Assembly: GCA_044344255.1 (NCBI GenBank)
Contig: JBIJDH010000019.1
Location: 114,107-178,106 of the forward strand
From: Myxococcota bacterium
GTDB taxonomy: Bacteria > Myxococcota_A > UBA796 > UBA2385
Reading direction: 5' to 3'
DNA: 64,000 bases
Below are positions 48,229 to 57,897 of this stretch, piece by piece; position 1 is the stretch's first letter; each line of letters opens with the position of its first letter. A program made the translations under genes and the position numbers. The notes beneath the pieces are model-generated. The model had not been told where the DNA came from. It saw only the letters and a program-made list of their open reading frames with translations, and did no database searches.

Positions 48229-48547
48229 CCACCGACATTCGGACCCGCACCAGCCGATGGCCCACGGGGAGCCGCAGCAGGGTGTCCCTCCAGACCTCGC
48301 CGGCGAGGCGGTAGGTGACCTGCACGCCTCGCACCTCCCCCGCGGCGAGGCTGGCTTCAGCCCCTCGCAGCGAGACGGGCTGAAGGGAGGCCTGCCGATC
48401 CGCTCCCTCCTTGACCCGCACATCGACCAGCTCGGAGTGCCGCTCGATGTCATCGAACAAGGCCGCCACGGTGGGGTGGTCGAGGTCGGCGGTGTAGACC
48501 TCGGGAGCGGGGGGCTCGTGCCCGCCGGGAGGCGGCTGCGTCGTCAC
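48212..48547 (-). CDS. Hypothetical protein, last gene of the nap operon
   Basis: GTGA overlap with the upstream ferredoxin gene; GVQVTYRLAGEVWRDTL. Confidence 0.65.
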   Translation of the reverse strand: MTTQPPPGGHEPPAPEVYTADLDHPTVAALFDDIERHSELVDVRVKEGADRQASLQPVSLRGAEASLAAGEVRGVQVTYRLAGEVWRDTLLRLPVGHRLVRVRMSVVSKDT

Positions 48548-48899
48548 AGGACCGCCGGTTGAAGGCGGAGGGCCCCGCCTGGAGCCGGGCAGTACGGGAC
48601 ACATCGGCCGCAGCCGTCACAGCGGTCCGGAGCGACGACCACCCGACGCCCCTCAATCCGAATGGCCCCCGGCGCCGGGCAGCGTTCGACGCAGGTGGCA
48701 CAAAAGTCAGCCCCCGCGTTGAGGCAGGCGAAGGGAGAGACCACCACCACCCGAGGGCCCGCATCCTCCGCGACCTCCGCGACCTCCGCCCGGCGGTCCG
48801 CCAGCCAGGCGACCCGGCCGCGCGCGGGGGACGGTGGGAACGGCGCCTCGGGCTCCTCTCCACCCGGCAGGATCCACGAGAACAAGGCCCGCCGAGACA

Positions 48900-48903
<4 letters not shown>
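48544..48903 (-). CDS. NapF/NapG-like 4Fe-4S ferredoxin
   Basis: SRRALF; CL...CATCVERCP and CDGCGRCVPYCP. Confidence 0.8.
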
Positions 48904-49664
<761 letters not shown>

Positions 49665-49667
49665 GGC

Positions 49668-52106
49668 TCAGCCCGCCTTCGTCGCCGGCGCGCCCGACCG
49701 AGGGCCCACCTTGAGCACCCGCACCGCGCACTTCTTGTAGTCCGGCTGCTTCGAGAAGGGGTCGTAGGTCTCCAGGGTGACCTTGTTGATCAACAGCCGC
49801 TCATCAAAGAAGGGGACGAACAGGCTGCCCTGTGGAGGGCTCCCCCGACCATCGATCCAGACCGGGATCTCCAGGCTCCCCCGCCTCGACTCGACTCGAA
49901 CGGTCTCGCCGTTCTGCACACCGAGCCGACGGGCGTCTTCCCGGTGCAGCTCCACGTAGGCCTGGGGCATCGCGGCCCGGAGCGGCGCTATCCGCCCGGT
50001 GAGGGTGCCGCTGTGCCAATGTTCGAGGACCCGCCCCGTACACAACCAGAAGGGATACTCGGCGTCCGGCGACTCGGGCGGCGGCTGGTAGGGGCTGAAC
50101 CAGATCTGTGCCCGCCCGTCTTCGGTGGTCGAGTGATAGAAGTCCACTCCTTTGCCGGCCGGGACAAAGGGATCCTCCCCCTCCACGAAACGGTAGCGGG
50201 TCTCCTTCCAGCTCCCATCCGGCTGCTCGACCACCGGCCACCGGAGGCCTCGCGCCTTCACATACTCTGAATAGGGCGCGAGGTTCTTGTGCTTCATGGT
50301 CGAAAACTGTCGATACTCTTCAAAGAGCCGCTCATCGACGTTGATGTCGTAGTAGCGTTCGAATTCCCAGACGGGCACCGCCCGCCCCTGCTCGTCTGTC
50401 ATGTGAAAGAGGAATCTACCGTCCTTGTCCTTCATGCCGGGGTGGCCCCGCAGGAGCAGGGTGTGAGCGAGGGCGATGATCTGCCAGGCGTCATCACGCG
50501 CCTGACCGGGAGGCTGCACCCGCTTGAACCACTGCTGGGTGCGGCGCTCCGAATTCCCAAACATGCCGTTCTTCTCAATCCACAGCGCGGACGGGAGCAC
50601 AAGGTCCGCGATTCGCGTGGTGGCGGTCGGATAGACATCGGAGACCACCAGGAACTTGTCTCGATCCGCACGACTGGGGTCGACGAGCGCGTGGAGGTTC
50701 GGCAGGGTCTGCGCAGGGTTGGTCACCTGCACCCACACCGTGTGTATGTCTCCACCGTCCTTCTTCGGAGTCGAGAAGCGCTTCCAGAGCTCCACCGTGT
50801 GGTAGCCCGGCTTGTCGAGGATGCGCCCCGCCGGCAGGTTCCAGATCTTCTCGGCGAGCTGCCGATGCTTCTCCTTCGTCACCACGCCGCCACCGGGGAG
50901 GGCGTGACAGAGGGTGCCCACCTCGCGCACGGTGCCGCACGCCGAGGGCTGCCCCGTCAGGCTGGTCGGAGCGTCCCCGGGGCGCCCAAAGTGCCCGGAG
51001 AGCAGGTGAAGCCCGTGCACGAGGCAGTTGATCGCGGTGCCCTGTGTGTGCTGATTCATGCCCATGCACCACAGGCTGGTGATGCGCCGCTTGGGGTCAC
51101 CGAAGAGACTGGCCAGCAACCGAATGTCCGAAGCGGCGACCCCCGAGAGCTGCTCCACCCGGGCGGGGGTGTACTCGGCGAGCGCAGCCTCATATTCTGC
51201 GAAGGTCATCGCCTGTCCGTTCAGCTCCTTCTCCAGGGGCTTTCGGAAGGCGCAGTGTCGCTCCACGAAGGCCTTGTCATAGGTCCCGTTCTTGAGCAGC
51301 AGGTGCGCGACACCGTTGGCGATGGCGAGATCCGTGTTGGGCTTGAACTGCAGGAAGTGCTGCGCCTGAGCCGTAGAGCGGGTCCGCCGCGTCCCGATGT
51401 CGATGATCGTGACCGACTCCCCGCGGCTGCGCCGATCGACGATACGGGAGAACAGGACCGGGTGCATCTCTGCGGGGTTGTTCCCCCAGAGGATGATCAC
51501 GTCGGCGGCGTCCAGGTCGTCAAAACACCCAGCCGGCTCATCCACGCCGTAGGTGGCGAGGAAGCCGGTCACCGCGCTCGCCATGCAGAGCCGAGCGTTC
51601 GGGTCGATGTGGTTGTGCCCGAGGCCCCCCTTCACGAACTTGTTCGCCGCGTAGCCCTCCGGGATCGTCCACTGACCGCTGCCGTAGACCGCGAAGCCCT
51701 TGGGATCGAGCATCACCCGATCTGCGAGCACCCGAAGCGCCTCCTCCCAGGAGATGGGGACCTGTACCCCGTTCCTGCGCAGGAGCGGCGTCGTCAGGCG
51801 GTCGGCTCCGTAGAGGGCGAGCCCCACATGGTAGCCCTTGACACACAAGAGCCCCTTGTTGACGTCTGCGGCGACATCCCCCGCGATGGCGACCACCTTT
51901 CCACCCTGGACGCCGACTTGGACGTGGCAGCCCGTGCCGCAGAAACGACAGGGGGCCTTCTCCCACTCCACGCCCGAGCCCATCCGACCGCGCAGATCGG
52001 GGGCCGGGGGCGAGGCCGCGAAGGCCCCGGGGGTGGCGGCGGCGGCGGCGGCCGACGCGGCGGCGAGGGCGCTCAGGGTGAGGAGCTCACGGCGATCGAG
52101 GCTCAT
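49668..52106 (-). CDS. napA: Periplasmic nitrate reductase catalytic subunit
   Basis: Tat DRRELL; CRFCGTGC; NARLCMASA; SLTGQPSACGT; TGRVLEHWH; SKQPDYKKCAV. Confidence 0.97.
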   Translation of the reverse strand: MSLDRRELLTLSALAAASAAAAAATPGAFAASPPAPDLRGRMGSGVEWEKAPCRFCGTGCHVQVGVQGGKVVAIAGDVAADVNKGLLCVKGYHVGLALYGADRLTTPLLRRNGVQVPISWEEALRVLADRVMLDPKGFAVYGSGQWTIPEGYAANKFVKGGLGHNHIDPNARLCMASAVTGFLATYGVDEPAGCFDDLDAADVIILWGNNPAEMHPVLFSRIVDRRSRGESVTIIDIGTRRTRSTAQAQHFLQFKPNTDLAIANGVAHLLLKNGTYDKAFVERHCAFRKPLEKELNGQAMTFAEYEAALAEYTPARVEQLSGVAASDIRLLASLFGDPKRRITSLWCMGMNQHTQGTAINCLVHGLHLLSGHFGRPGDAPTSLTGQPSACGTVREVGTLCHALPGGGVVTKEKHRQLAEKIWNLPAGRILDKPGYHTVELWKRFSTPKKDGGDIHTVWVQVTNPAQTLPNLHALVDPSRADRDKFLVVSDVYPTATTRIADLVLPSALWIEKNGMFGNSERRTQQWFKRVQPPGQARDDAWQIIALAHTLLLRGHPGMKDKDGRFLFHMTDEQGRAVPVWEFERYYDINVDERLFEEYRQFSTMKHKNLAPYSEYVKARGLRWPVVEQPDGSWKETRYRFVEGEDPFVPAGKGVDFYHSTTEDGRAQIWFSPYQPPPESPDAEYPFWLCTGRVLEHWHSGTLTGRIAPLRAAMPQAYVELHREDARRLGVQNGETVRVESRRGSLEIPVWIDGRGSPPQGSLFVPFFDERLLINKVTLETYDPFSKQPDYKKCAVRVLKVGPRSGAPATKAG

Positions 52107-52354
52107 GGGTTCTCCCGCGCGGGGGGGTGCAGGTCGGAGAAGTCGGCGAAGGCGAGATCGACCATCCCCACGCCGGGCAGCGCGCGGAGGGCCTCGAGGA
52201 GCGGCTCGTCTTCGGCCTTGGTCTCGGTGGTGAACACGACCGGGAGCCGCGCGCCGGTCGGCGCTCCCGCTCGGGAGAAGCCGGGGACCTCCCTCAGGAG
52301 CGGGACGAGGGCGTGAGGGGCAGGGTGGCTGATCACGAGGCCGAGGACAGGCAT
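52103..52354 (-). CDS. napD: NapD-like chaperone
   Basis: 83 aa; MPVLGLVI...LRALPGV..VDLAF; directly upstream of napA. Confidence 0.65.
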   Translation of the reverse strand: MPVLGLVISHPAPHALVPLLREVPGFSRAGAPTGARLPVVFTTETKAEDEPLLEALRALPGVGMVDLAFADFSDLHPPARENP

Positions 52355-53646
52355 CAGACGCCCCTGCGTGCTTGGAGATCCGACTGCATCCGCCCCGAAA
52401 GAACGGCGACCGCCAGCTTCAGTCCGATGGTGAACACCATGAGGCCGAGGGCCCAGATGCCGACCGTCACCTTCCACTCGAGCTCATTCGGCAGGTACTC
52501 CACGAGCTCGTGCAGCGTGCTGGGCACGAAGCCCGGGACGATCAGCCCAATGCCCTTCTCGATCCAGACGCCCGCCAGGACCAGGACACAGCCGACGTCG
52601 ACGCGCCAGAGGTGAGTGCGCGTGGACGAAGAGAGGAAGAGCGCCGCACCCGTGACGTTGAGCGCGATCGCGCTCCAGATCCAGGGGACCAGGGCGTTGT
52701 GGCCATGGAGCCCGAAGTACAGGTAGCGAGCCGCAGCCGAGTGCGCGGTGTCCGCGTAGAGCTCCGTGAAGACCTCCGCGCCGACGAGGAACAGGTTCAA
52801 GAGCACCGTCACGCGCAGCACCCTCACCAAGGTGGCGATCGGCTTGTCGCCAACATGGAAGTCGGTGAGCCGCCGCAGGGCTTGGAGGGCGAGGACGATG
52901 AAGGCGGGCCCTGTCACGAAGGCGGAGGCGATGAAACGAGGCGCCAGGATCGCGCTGTTCCAAAAGGGCCGTCCACCGAGACCACTGTAGAGGAACGCCG
53001 TCACCGTATGAATAGACACAGCCCACACGATGGACAGAAACACAAACGGGATGTACCATCGGGGATCCGGGGTCGCACCCCGGAAGCGGGTATACAGCAG
53101 ATAACCAACGACGTGGGTGTTGATCGCGAGATAACCCGCCAGGACGACCACATCCCAGGTCAACATCGACATCGGCCAGTTGAACCGACCGATACCCGGC
53201 ATCAAGTGCCAGGCGCGGTCCAGACGGCCGAGGTCCACGTTGACGAAGGAGAGGGACACCACGATAGCCGCGATGGCCAGGATCTCCCCCACGATCACCA
53301 CGTCATGCATCTCTTTGTCATGGTACAAGTAGGCGGGGATCACCATCATCACGGCCCCCGCCGCGAGGCCCACGGCGAAGGTGAAGTTGCCGATGTACAT
53401 CCCCCAGCTCACGTGATCAGACAGCGCGGTGAGCGCGAGCCCGTGGGCCGTCTGAGACGAGAACGCGTGCAGCCCCACGAGGGCGAGGGCGGTGAGCGCG
53501 GTCATCCACACGTAGAACGCGGCGCCGCCATCCGTGGCGACGCCGAGCGCCTTCCACAGGAACTGTGGATAGGACCGGATGGGAGGCGCAACAGTGCCCG
53601 TGTCTGGCGGCGGAGCGGTGTCTGGCGGCGGAGTGGTCATGGTCAC
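52354..53646 (-). CDS. NrfD/PsrC/DsrP-family membrane quinol-interacting protein
   Basis: VSWGMYIGNFTFAVG, VDLGRLDR, SMLTWD, IHTVTAFL, APRFIASA; about 10 TM. Confidence 0.9.
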   Translation of the reverse strand: MTMTTPPPDTAPPPDTGTVAPPIRSYPQFLWKALGVATDGGAAFYVWMTALTALALVGLHAFSSQTAHGLALTALSDHVSWGMYIGNFTFAVGLAAGAVMMVIPAYLYHDKEMHDVVIVGEILAIAAIVVSLSFVNVDLGRLDRAWHLMPGIGRFNWPMSMLTWDVVVLAGYLAINTHVVGYLLYTRFRGATPDPRWYIPFVFLSIVWAVSIHTVTAFLYSGLGGRPFWNSAILAPRFIASAFVTGPAFIVLALQALRRLTDFHVGDKPIATLVRVLRVTVLLNLFLVGAEVFTELYADTAHSAAARYLYFGLHGHNALVPWIWSAIALNVTGAALFLSSSTRTHLWRVDVGCVLVLAGVWIEKGIGLIVPGFVPSTLHELVEYLPNELEWKVTVGIWALGLMVFTIGLKLAVAVLSGRMQSDLQARRGV

Positions 53647-54545
53647 ACGTCGAAGAAGTAAAAGAATCGAGGCTTGGTCCCAACATCCTCCTTGAGGACG
53701 AACACCCGCTTGTTCTCCAGCACCCAGCGAATATCGGACGATGGGTCGTTCAGGTCACCAAAGACCCGGGCCCCGGTGGGGCATGCCTCGAGGCAGGCAG
53801 GGAGGCGCCCGGTGCGTGTACGGTGGAGACAGAATGTGCACTTCTCCATCACGCCCTGGGGCCGCATCCGATTGGACAGATAGCCCTGGTCGGGGTTGAT
53901 CTCCTCGGCTGGGACCACCGGCGCGGCCCAATTGAAGCGCCGCGCGTGATAGGGACAGGCGGCCTCGCAGTACCGGCAGCCGATACACCAGTTGTAATCG
54001 ACCACCACGATCCCATCGGCCTCCTTCCAGGTGGCCTCCACCGGACAGACCTTCACGCAGGGTGCGTTGTCACACTGGTGGCACTGCACCGGCATATAGA
54101 AGTGGTCGTCGTCCGGCACGGCGTGGACGAAGTCCACGCGCCCATGCTCCATGTCCAGGCTGCCCTTCTTCATCTCGAGGACGCGGATGTAGGAGTTGTT
54201 CGTCGGCCGATCGTGGTTGTTCTCGATGTGACAGGCCTCCGCGCACTTTCGACAGCCAATGCACATGGAGAGGTTCAAGGCGTAGCCGAAGGAGACCCCG
54301 GGGGTGGGTCGCGGGTCGGAGATCGAGACGGCCACACCCTGTTCGGCGAGGGTCTCCGCCTCGAGGCGGCGGAGCACCGCCTCGAGCTCCTCTCGGTCCA
54401 GCTCCTTGTAGTGTCTCTGGAGGAACGAGTCCACAGAGACACCCGGCTCCCACTCGGTCAGCGGGGCCAAGGCGCGGGCGAAGGCCGCAGCCCCCAGGGT
54501 GGCACCCCCCACCTTCAAGGCGGCTCTACGCGAGGTCTCGTCCAC
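53643..54545 (-). CDS. NrfC/DsrO-like multi-4Fe-4S protein with Tat signal
   Basis: SRRAALK; CIGCRKCAEAC; CHQCDNAPCVKVCP; CIGCRYCEAACP; KCTFC..PACLEACP. Confidence 0.92.
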   Translation of the reverse strand: MDETSRRAALKVGGATLGAAAFARALAPLTEWEPGVSVDSFLQRHYKELDREELEAVLRRLEAETLAEQGVAVSISDPRPTPGVSFGYALNLSMCIGCRKCAEACHIENNHDRPTNNSYIRVLEMKKGSLDMEHGRVDFVHAVPDDDHFYMPVQCHQCDNAPCVKVCPVEATWKEADGIVVVDYNWCIGCRYCEAACPYHARRFNWAAPVVPAEEINPDQGYLSNRMRPQGVMEKCTFCLHRTRTGRLPACLEACPTGARVFGDLNDPSSDIRWVLENKRVFVLKEDVGTKPRFFYFFDV

Positions 54546-54546
54546 T

Positions 54547-55119
54547 TCAGTGCCCTCCGGACGTAAGGTCCAACAATGGTCGCCGATCGGCGGGCGGCGG
54601 AGCCGGGAGGACCGAGGCGTAGGCGGGGGCGTGGGGCGCGTGGCAGTCGACGCAGTGGTTCCGCGCGCGCGGGCCCCGCCGGGTGTCCCACCAGCCGCTC
54701 ATCCCGCCATGAGCGCCATGACTGTAGTCTCGAAATTGCGGGCCATGACACTGCGCGCAGAGGATCATGGCGTCCTCGAGCGCGAGGCCCGTCCCGTCCG
54801 CGAGGCGGAGCTGCGACCGGTCATCGGGGTCGTGGCAGGAGGCGCAGGTGATCGGGCCGTGCACGAGGCTGACCCCGGTGTGGAAGGGCTCGCCGGGGCG
54901 GGCGGCCCAGGCGGACTCCGCGTCGGGGCCATGACAGGTCTCACAGGCCACGCCGATCGGCGTGCCGTGGATGTCCACGAGGGGCGTGTCCACCACGCCC
55001 AGGGTGCGAGGTCGGTGCACCTCGGTGGGGAAGCGCACACCCTCCGACACCTCCTCGCCGAGCTCCCGGCTGGGGTCGGAGAAGCCATGGTCGCAGGCGA
55101 GGAAGATGAGCAACAACAT
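54547..55119 (-). CDS. Tetraheme c-type cytochrome lipoprotein
   Basis: FLAC lipobox; CETCH, CASCH, CAQCH and CVDCH. Confidence 0.88.
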   Translation of the reverse strand: MLLLIFLACDHGFSDPSRELGEEVSEGVRFPTEVHRPRTLGVVDTPLVDIHGTPIGVACETCHGPDAESAWAARPGEPFHTGVSLVHGPITCASCHDPDDRSQLRLADGTGLALEDAMILCAQCHGPQFRDYSHGAHGGMSGWWDTRRGPRARNHCVDCHAPHAPAYASVLPAPPPADRRPLLDLTSGGH

Positions 55120-55183
55120 GAGTCTCGACTCAGCGCTCGGTAGAGGTCGGGGGCCCGAGAGGGCCGACTGCACTCCCCGACCA

Positions 55184-55199
55184 AGCAACCAACATGCCA
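55184..55199 (-). promoter_or_regulatory. Sigma54 promoter of the cytochrome-nrfCD-nap operon
   Basis: Minus strand TGGCATGTTGGTTGCT; 21 of 25 nt identical to the nirK promoter region. Confidence 0.8.
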
Positions 55200-55241
55200 A
55201 TCCATTGATCGGTCGTTTTAAACGGATCCCGAACTCCGCTG

Positions 55242-55277
55242 TGTGAGACGACCCGCAAAGCTGTGCGCAATTGCACA
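55242..55277. promoter_or_regulatory. Tandem putative enhancer sites between two divergent sigma54 promoters
   Basis: TGTGAGACGACCCGCA (55242-55257) and TGTGCGCAATTGCACA (55262-55277), 20 bp apart. Confidence 0.55.
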
Positions 55278-55315
55278 CCCGGCCGAGTTGTACGGCGTAT
55301 TTCCACGATACTTGC

Positions 55316-55331
55316 TGGCGCGGTTCTTGCT
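55316..55331 (+). promoter_or_regulatory. Sigma54 promoter of the DUF1858/DUF2249 cluster
   Basis: TGGCGCGGTTCTTGCT (GG-N10-GC). Confidence 0.7.
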
Positions 55332-55402
55332 TGGCCCTCCTTTCAGCCTGCCTCCGCGTCCTGAGCTTTGGGCCGGCCCCCCCTCTCCCCGCGAGCGCCC
55401 AC

Positions 55403-56206
55403 ATGATCACATCCGCCACACGGGTCTCGGAAGCGCTCACTCAACGCCCGGAGCTTCGGGAGGTGCTCGTCGCCTTCCATCCCGCATTCACCCGACTTCA
55501 TCATCCAGTGCTCGGGCGGGTCTTGCCGCGGCTCGTGACGGTGGCCGACGCGGCCCGCATCGCAGGCGTGGATGTCGAGGCCCTCGTCGCGGTGATGAAC
55601 TGCCCGGTCTCGGCTCAACCGGCGCTCTCTGCGGAGGGAGCCGGGCACCCGGTGCAGGTGGAGCCCCCCCCGCAGGCGGCCCCGCAGCCCGCCGAGCCGC
55701 CTCCCCGCTGGTTCGACGTCTCGGCCACTCGCTCTCTCGATGTTCGGCCCCTGATCGATCGGGGAGAGGAGCCGCTGGCGCAGATCCTATCGGCCATCCG
55801 CGGGCTCCCGCCGGGAGGTCAGCTCACCCTCATCGCCCCCTTCGACCCCGTCCCTCTCGTGGGCCTCCTGTCCCGTCAGGGCTGGAGCGCCTGGACCCGC
55901 TGGGACGAGGGGGCCTGCTTTGTCACCTTCGGGCGGGCCGCGAGCGGGGAGGTGACCCCCGCGGAGCCGATCCCACCGATGGAGCTCCAGGAGACGGAAG
56001 GAGGTTGGACCCTCGATGTGCGGCAGCTCCCACCCCCGGAGCCGATGCGACAGGTGCTCGCCGCTGTGGACGCCGGGAGGCTGCCGCTCCGCATCCTCCA
56101 CGCCCGGGAGCCCGCGCTCCTGTGGCCGGCTCTGCAAGAGCGGGGCCTCCTGTGGACGGTGAGCCACTCCGCCGATGCTGTGTTGATCGATGTCCGCCGC
56201 GGCTGA
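55403..56206 (+). CDS. DUF1858 plus two DUF2249 (SirA/TusA-like) domains
   Basis: RVSEAL..RPEL..VLV..HPAF; LDVRPLI..GEEPL..PFDPVPL; LDVRQLPPPEPM..HAREPALL. Confidence 0.75.
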   Translation: MITSATRVSEALTQRPELREVLVAFHPAFTRLHHPVLGRVLPRLVTVADAARIAGVDVEALVAVMNCPVSAQPALSAEGAGHPVQVEPPPQAAPQPAEPPPRWFDVSATRSLDVRPLIDRGEEPLAQILSAIRGLPPGGQLTLIAPFDPVPLVGLLSRQGWSAWTRWDEGACFVTFGRAASGEVTPAEPIPPMELQETEGGWTLDVRQLPPPEPMRQVLAAVDAGRLPLRILHAREPALLWPALQERGLLWTVSHSADAVLIDVRRG

Positions 56207-57494
56207 CCCGCTGAGGCCCCCGCCTCTCCCCAGCGCCTCGCGGGGCGCGGCGGGGATGGGCACCCTCGTGCCCATACACCTCGTCTTGCTGCCCATGGGC
56301 CTCGGGCTCCTCGCCGAGCTCGCGGGCTGGCTCCTCCTCTCCGGCGCGGCTCCGCTCCAGGCCGGTTGGTACGGCAGCCCCTCCCTCCTCCTGGGTGTTC
56401 ATCTCGTGGTCATCGGGGGTCTGCTGTGGCCGGTCATCGGCGCCGGCTGGCAGCTCACGCCGGTCGTCACGACTCGCCCCCTCCCGCCCGCCGCGCATCG
56501 GGTGGCCGGCCTGGTCGGGCCCTCCGCGGTGCTCGGCGCGGCCCTCCTTTGGGTGGGGATGGGCGGGGCCATTTGGATCGGCGCGCTCGGCGCCAGCCTC
56601 CTGATCCTCTCGCTCCTCTCCCGGTCCCTGACGGTGGTCCCGCTGTTGATCCGCAGCAGCGGCCGCCTCGGGGTCCGGGTCTGGCTGCTCTCCGCCGAGC
56701 TCGCCCTGTGGGGCGGCCTCGCCTACGCCGCCCTCCTCTATCTGGGCCGCCTCGGGTACCCGCTCTTCGGCAACCTCCTGTTCACGAACCCCATCTCCGG
56801 CGTCGGTCATCACGTCGCCCTGCTCGCGGCCGGGTGGGTCGGCGGCTGGGAGCTCGGCCTCGCCTCCCTCCTCCTGCCCATGTTCGCCCTCGGCAGAGAG
56901 CCGCCCGCGGGCCCGCTCGTGCTGGCCGCCCTGCTCTGGTACTCCGGCATCGCCCTCTCCCTCCCGCCCCTCTGGGCCGGCGGCGGGCTGCTCATGGTCC
57001 TGCTCCTTGGGCGCAGCCTCCTCGGGGCGGCGCGGGGTCTTCGAGCGGCCGGTCCCGGTCTCGTGCAGGCGGCGCTCGCCCTCCTCGGCCTCCTCGGGGC
57101 CACGATCGGAGCCGCCTCCGGGCTCCTTCCACCCCACGCGGTCGTCGCCGGGATCTTCGTGCTCTGGCTCCTCCCCCTCCAACATGGGGTGGCGTCCCGG
57201 GTCCTGCCCTTCCTCCTGTGGTCCCAGCTCCTCGCGGGGCGCTCCCGAGTGGCGGCTTCGTCCCTCGTCGACAGCCGCCTGGTGTGGGCTCAGGCGGGGG
57301 CCACCGGGATCGGCGGGCTCACCCTCGTGCTTGGGCTGGTCCGCGAGGCGGAGGGGCTGGCCCGCGTGGGCGCCGCGGGACTGGCGGCCGGCGCCCTCTT
57401 GCACCTGCTCAGCATCGCGGGAGCCGGCACCCGCACCTTTGTCGCTTGGCGCAGCGCGGTGGCGCTGCCCGGCACGAGCTCGGAGCCCTCATGA
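56190..57494 (+). CDS. Polytopic membrane protein (NnrS/heme-copper-oxidase-like repeat fold), function unknown
   Basis: About 12 TM; repeated H-x-G...P motifs (VHLVVIGG..QLTPV; HVALLAAGW..LLPMF; RVLPFLLW). Confidence 0.6.
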   Translation: MSAAADPLRPPPLPSASRGAAGMGTLVPIHLVLLPMGLGLLAELAGWLLLSGAAPLQAGWYGSPSLLLGVHLVVIGGLLWPVIGAGWQLTPVVTTRPLPPAAHRVAGLVGPSAVLGAALLWVGMGGAIWIGALGASLLILSLLSRSLTVVPLLIRSSGRLGVRVWLLSAELALWGGLAYAALLYLGRLGYPLFGNLLFTNPISGVGHHVALLAAGWVGGWELGLASLLLPMFALGREPPAGPLVLAALLWYSGIALSLPPLWAGGGLLMVLLLGRSLLGAARGLRAAGPGLVQAALALLGLLGATIGAASGLLPPHAVVAGIFVLWLLPLQHGVASRVLPFLLWSQLLAGRSRVAASSLVDSRLVWAQAGATGIGGLTLVLGLVREAEGLARVGAAGLAAGALLHLLSIAGAGTRTFVAWRSAVALPGTSSEPS

Positions 57495-57832
57495 GCATCA
57501 TGGACAAATTCAAGGAATTCTTCAGCGCCAGCGGGCTACCCGAGTCCTATGCCCTCCATCACGCGCCGGGCCCGGCGGGTGAGGTCCTCGCCGCCCTGCG
57601 CGGGGTGATCGACCCCGAGATGGGCATCAACATCGTGAGCATCGGCATGGTGCGCGAGATCTCCGTCGAGGACAACCGGGCCACCGTGGTGATCACGACC
57701 ACCACCCCGGGCTGCCCGCTCGCGGACTGGCTGGTCGCGGCCTGTGCGCAGGCCGTGACGGAGATGGGCCTCGTGCCCGATGTGCAGATCACCCACGAAC
57801 CCCCTTGGAGCCCAAGCGACATGGAGCGATAG
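57491..57832 (+). CDS. DUF59/SufT-like metal-sulfur cluster assembly factor
   Basis: VIDPEMGINIVSIGMV, TTPGCP and PPWSP. Confidence 0.88.
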   Translation: MSIMDKFKEFFSASGLPESYALHHAPGPAGEVLAALRGVIDPEMGINIVSIGMVREISVEDNRATVVITTTTPGCPLADWLVAACAQAVTEMGLVPDVQITHEPPWSPSDMER

Positions 57833-57852
57833 ACGCTCCAGTCATGCGTTTC

Positions 57853-57868
57853 TGGCACGCTTTGTGCA
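57853..57868 (+). promoter_or_regulatory. Sigma54 promoter of nosZ
   Basis: TGGCACGCTTTGTGCA, 30 nt before the nosZ ATG. Confidence 0.75.
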
Positions 57869-57897
57869 CTGAATCTATTTCCCACCGGAGTCCATCC

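Noticed and set aside
52354..55119. Alternative complex III or nrf nitrite-ammonification operon
   Set aside because: No ActB molybdopterin-like domain, no ActD/E/F and no NrfA (CXXCK) in the window.
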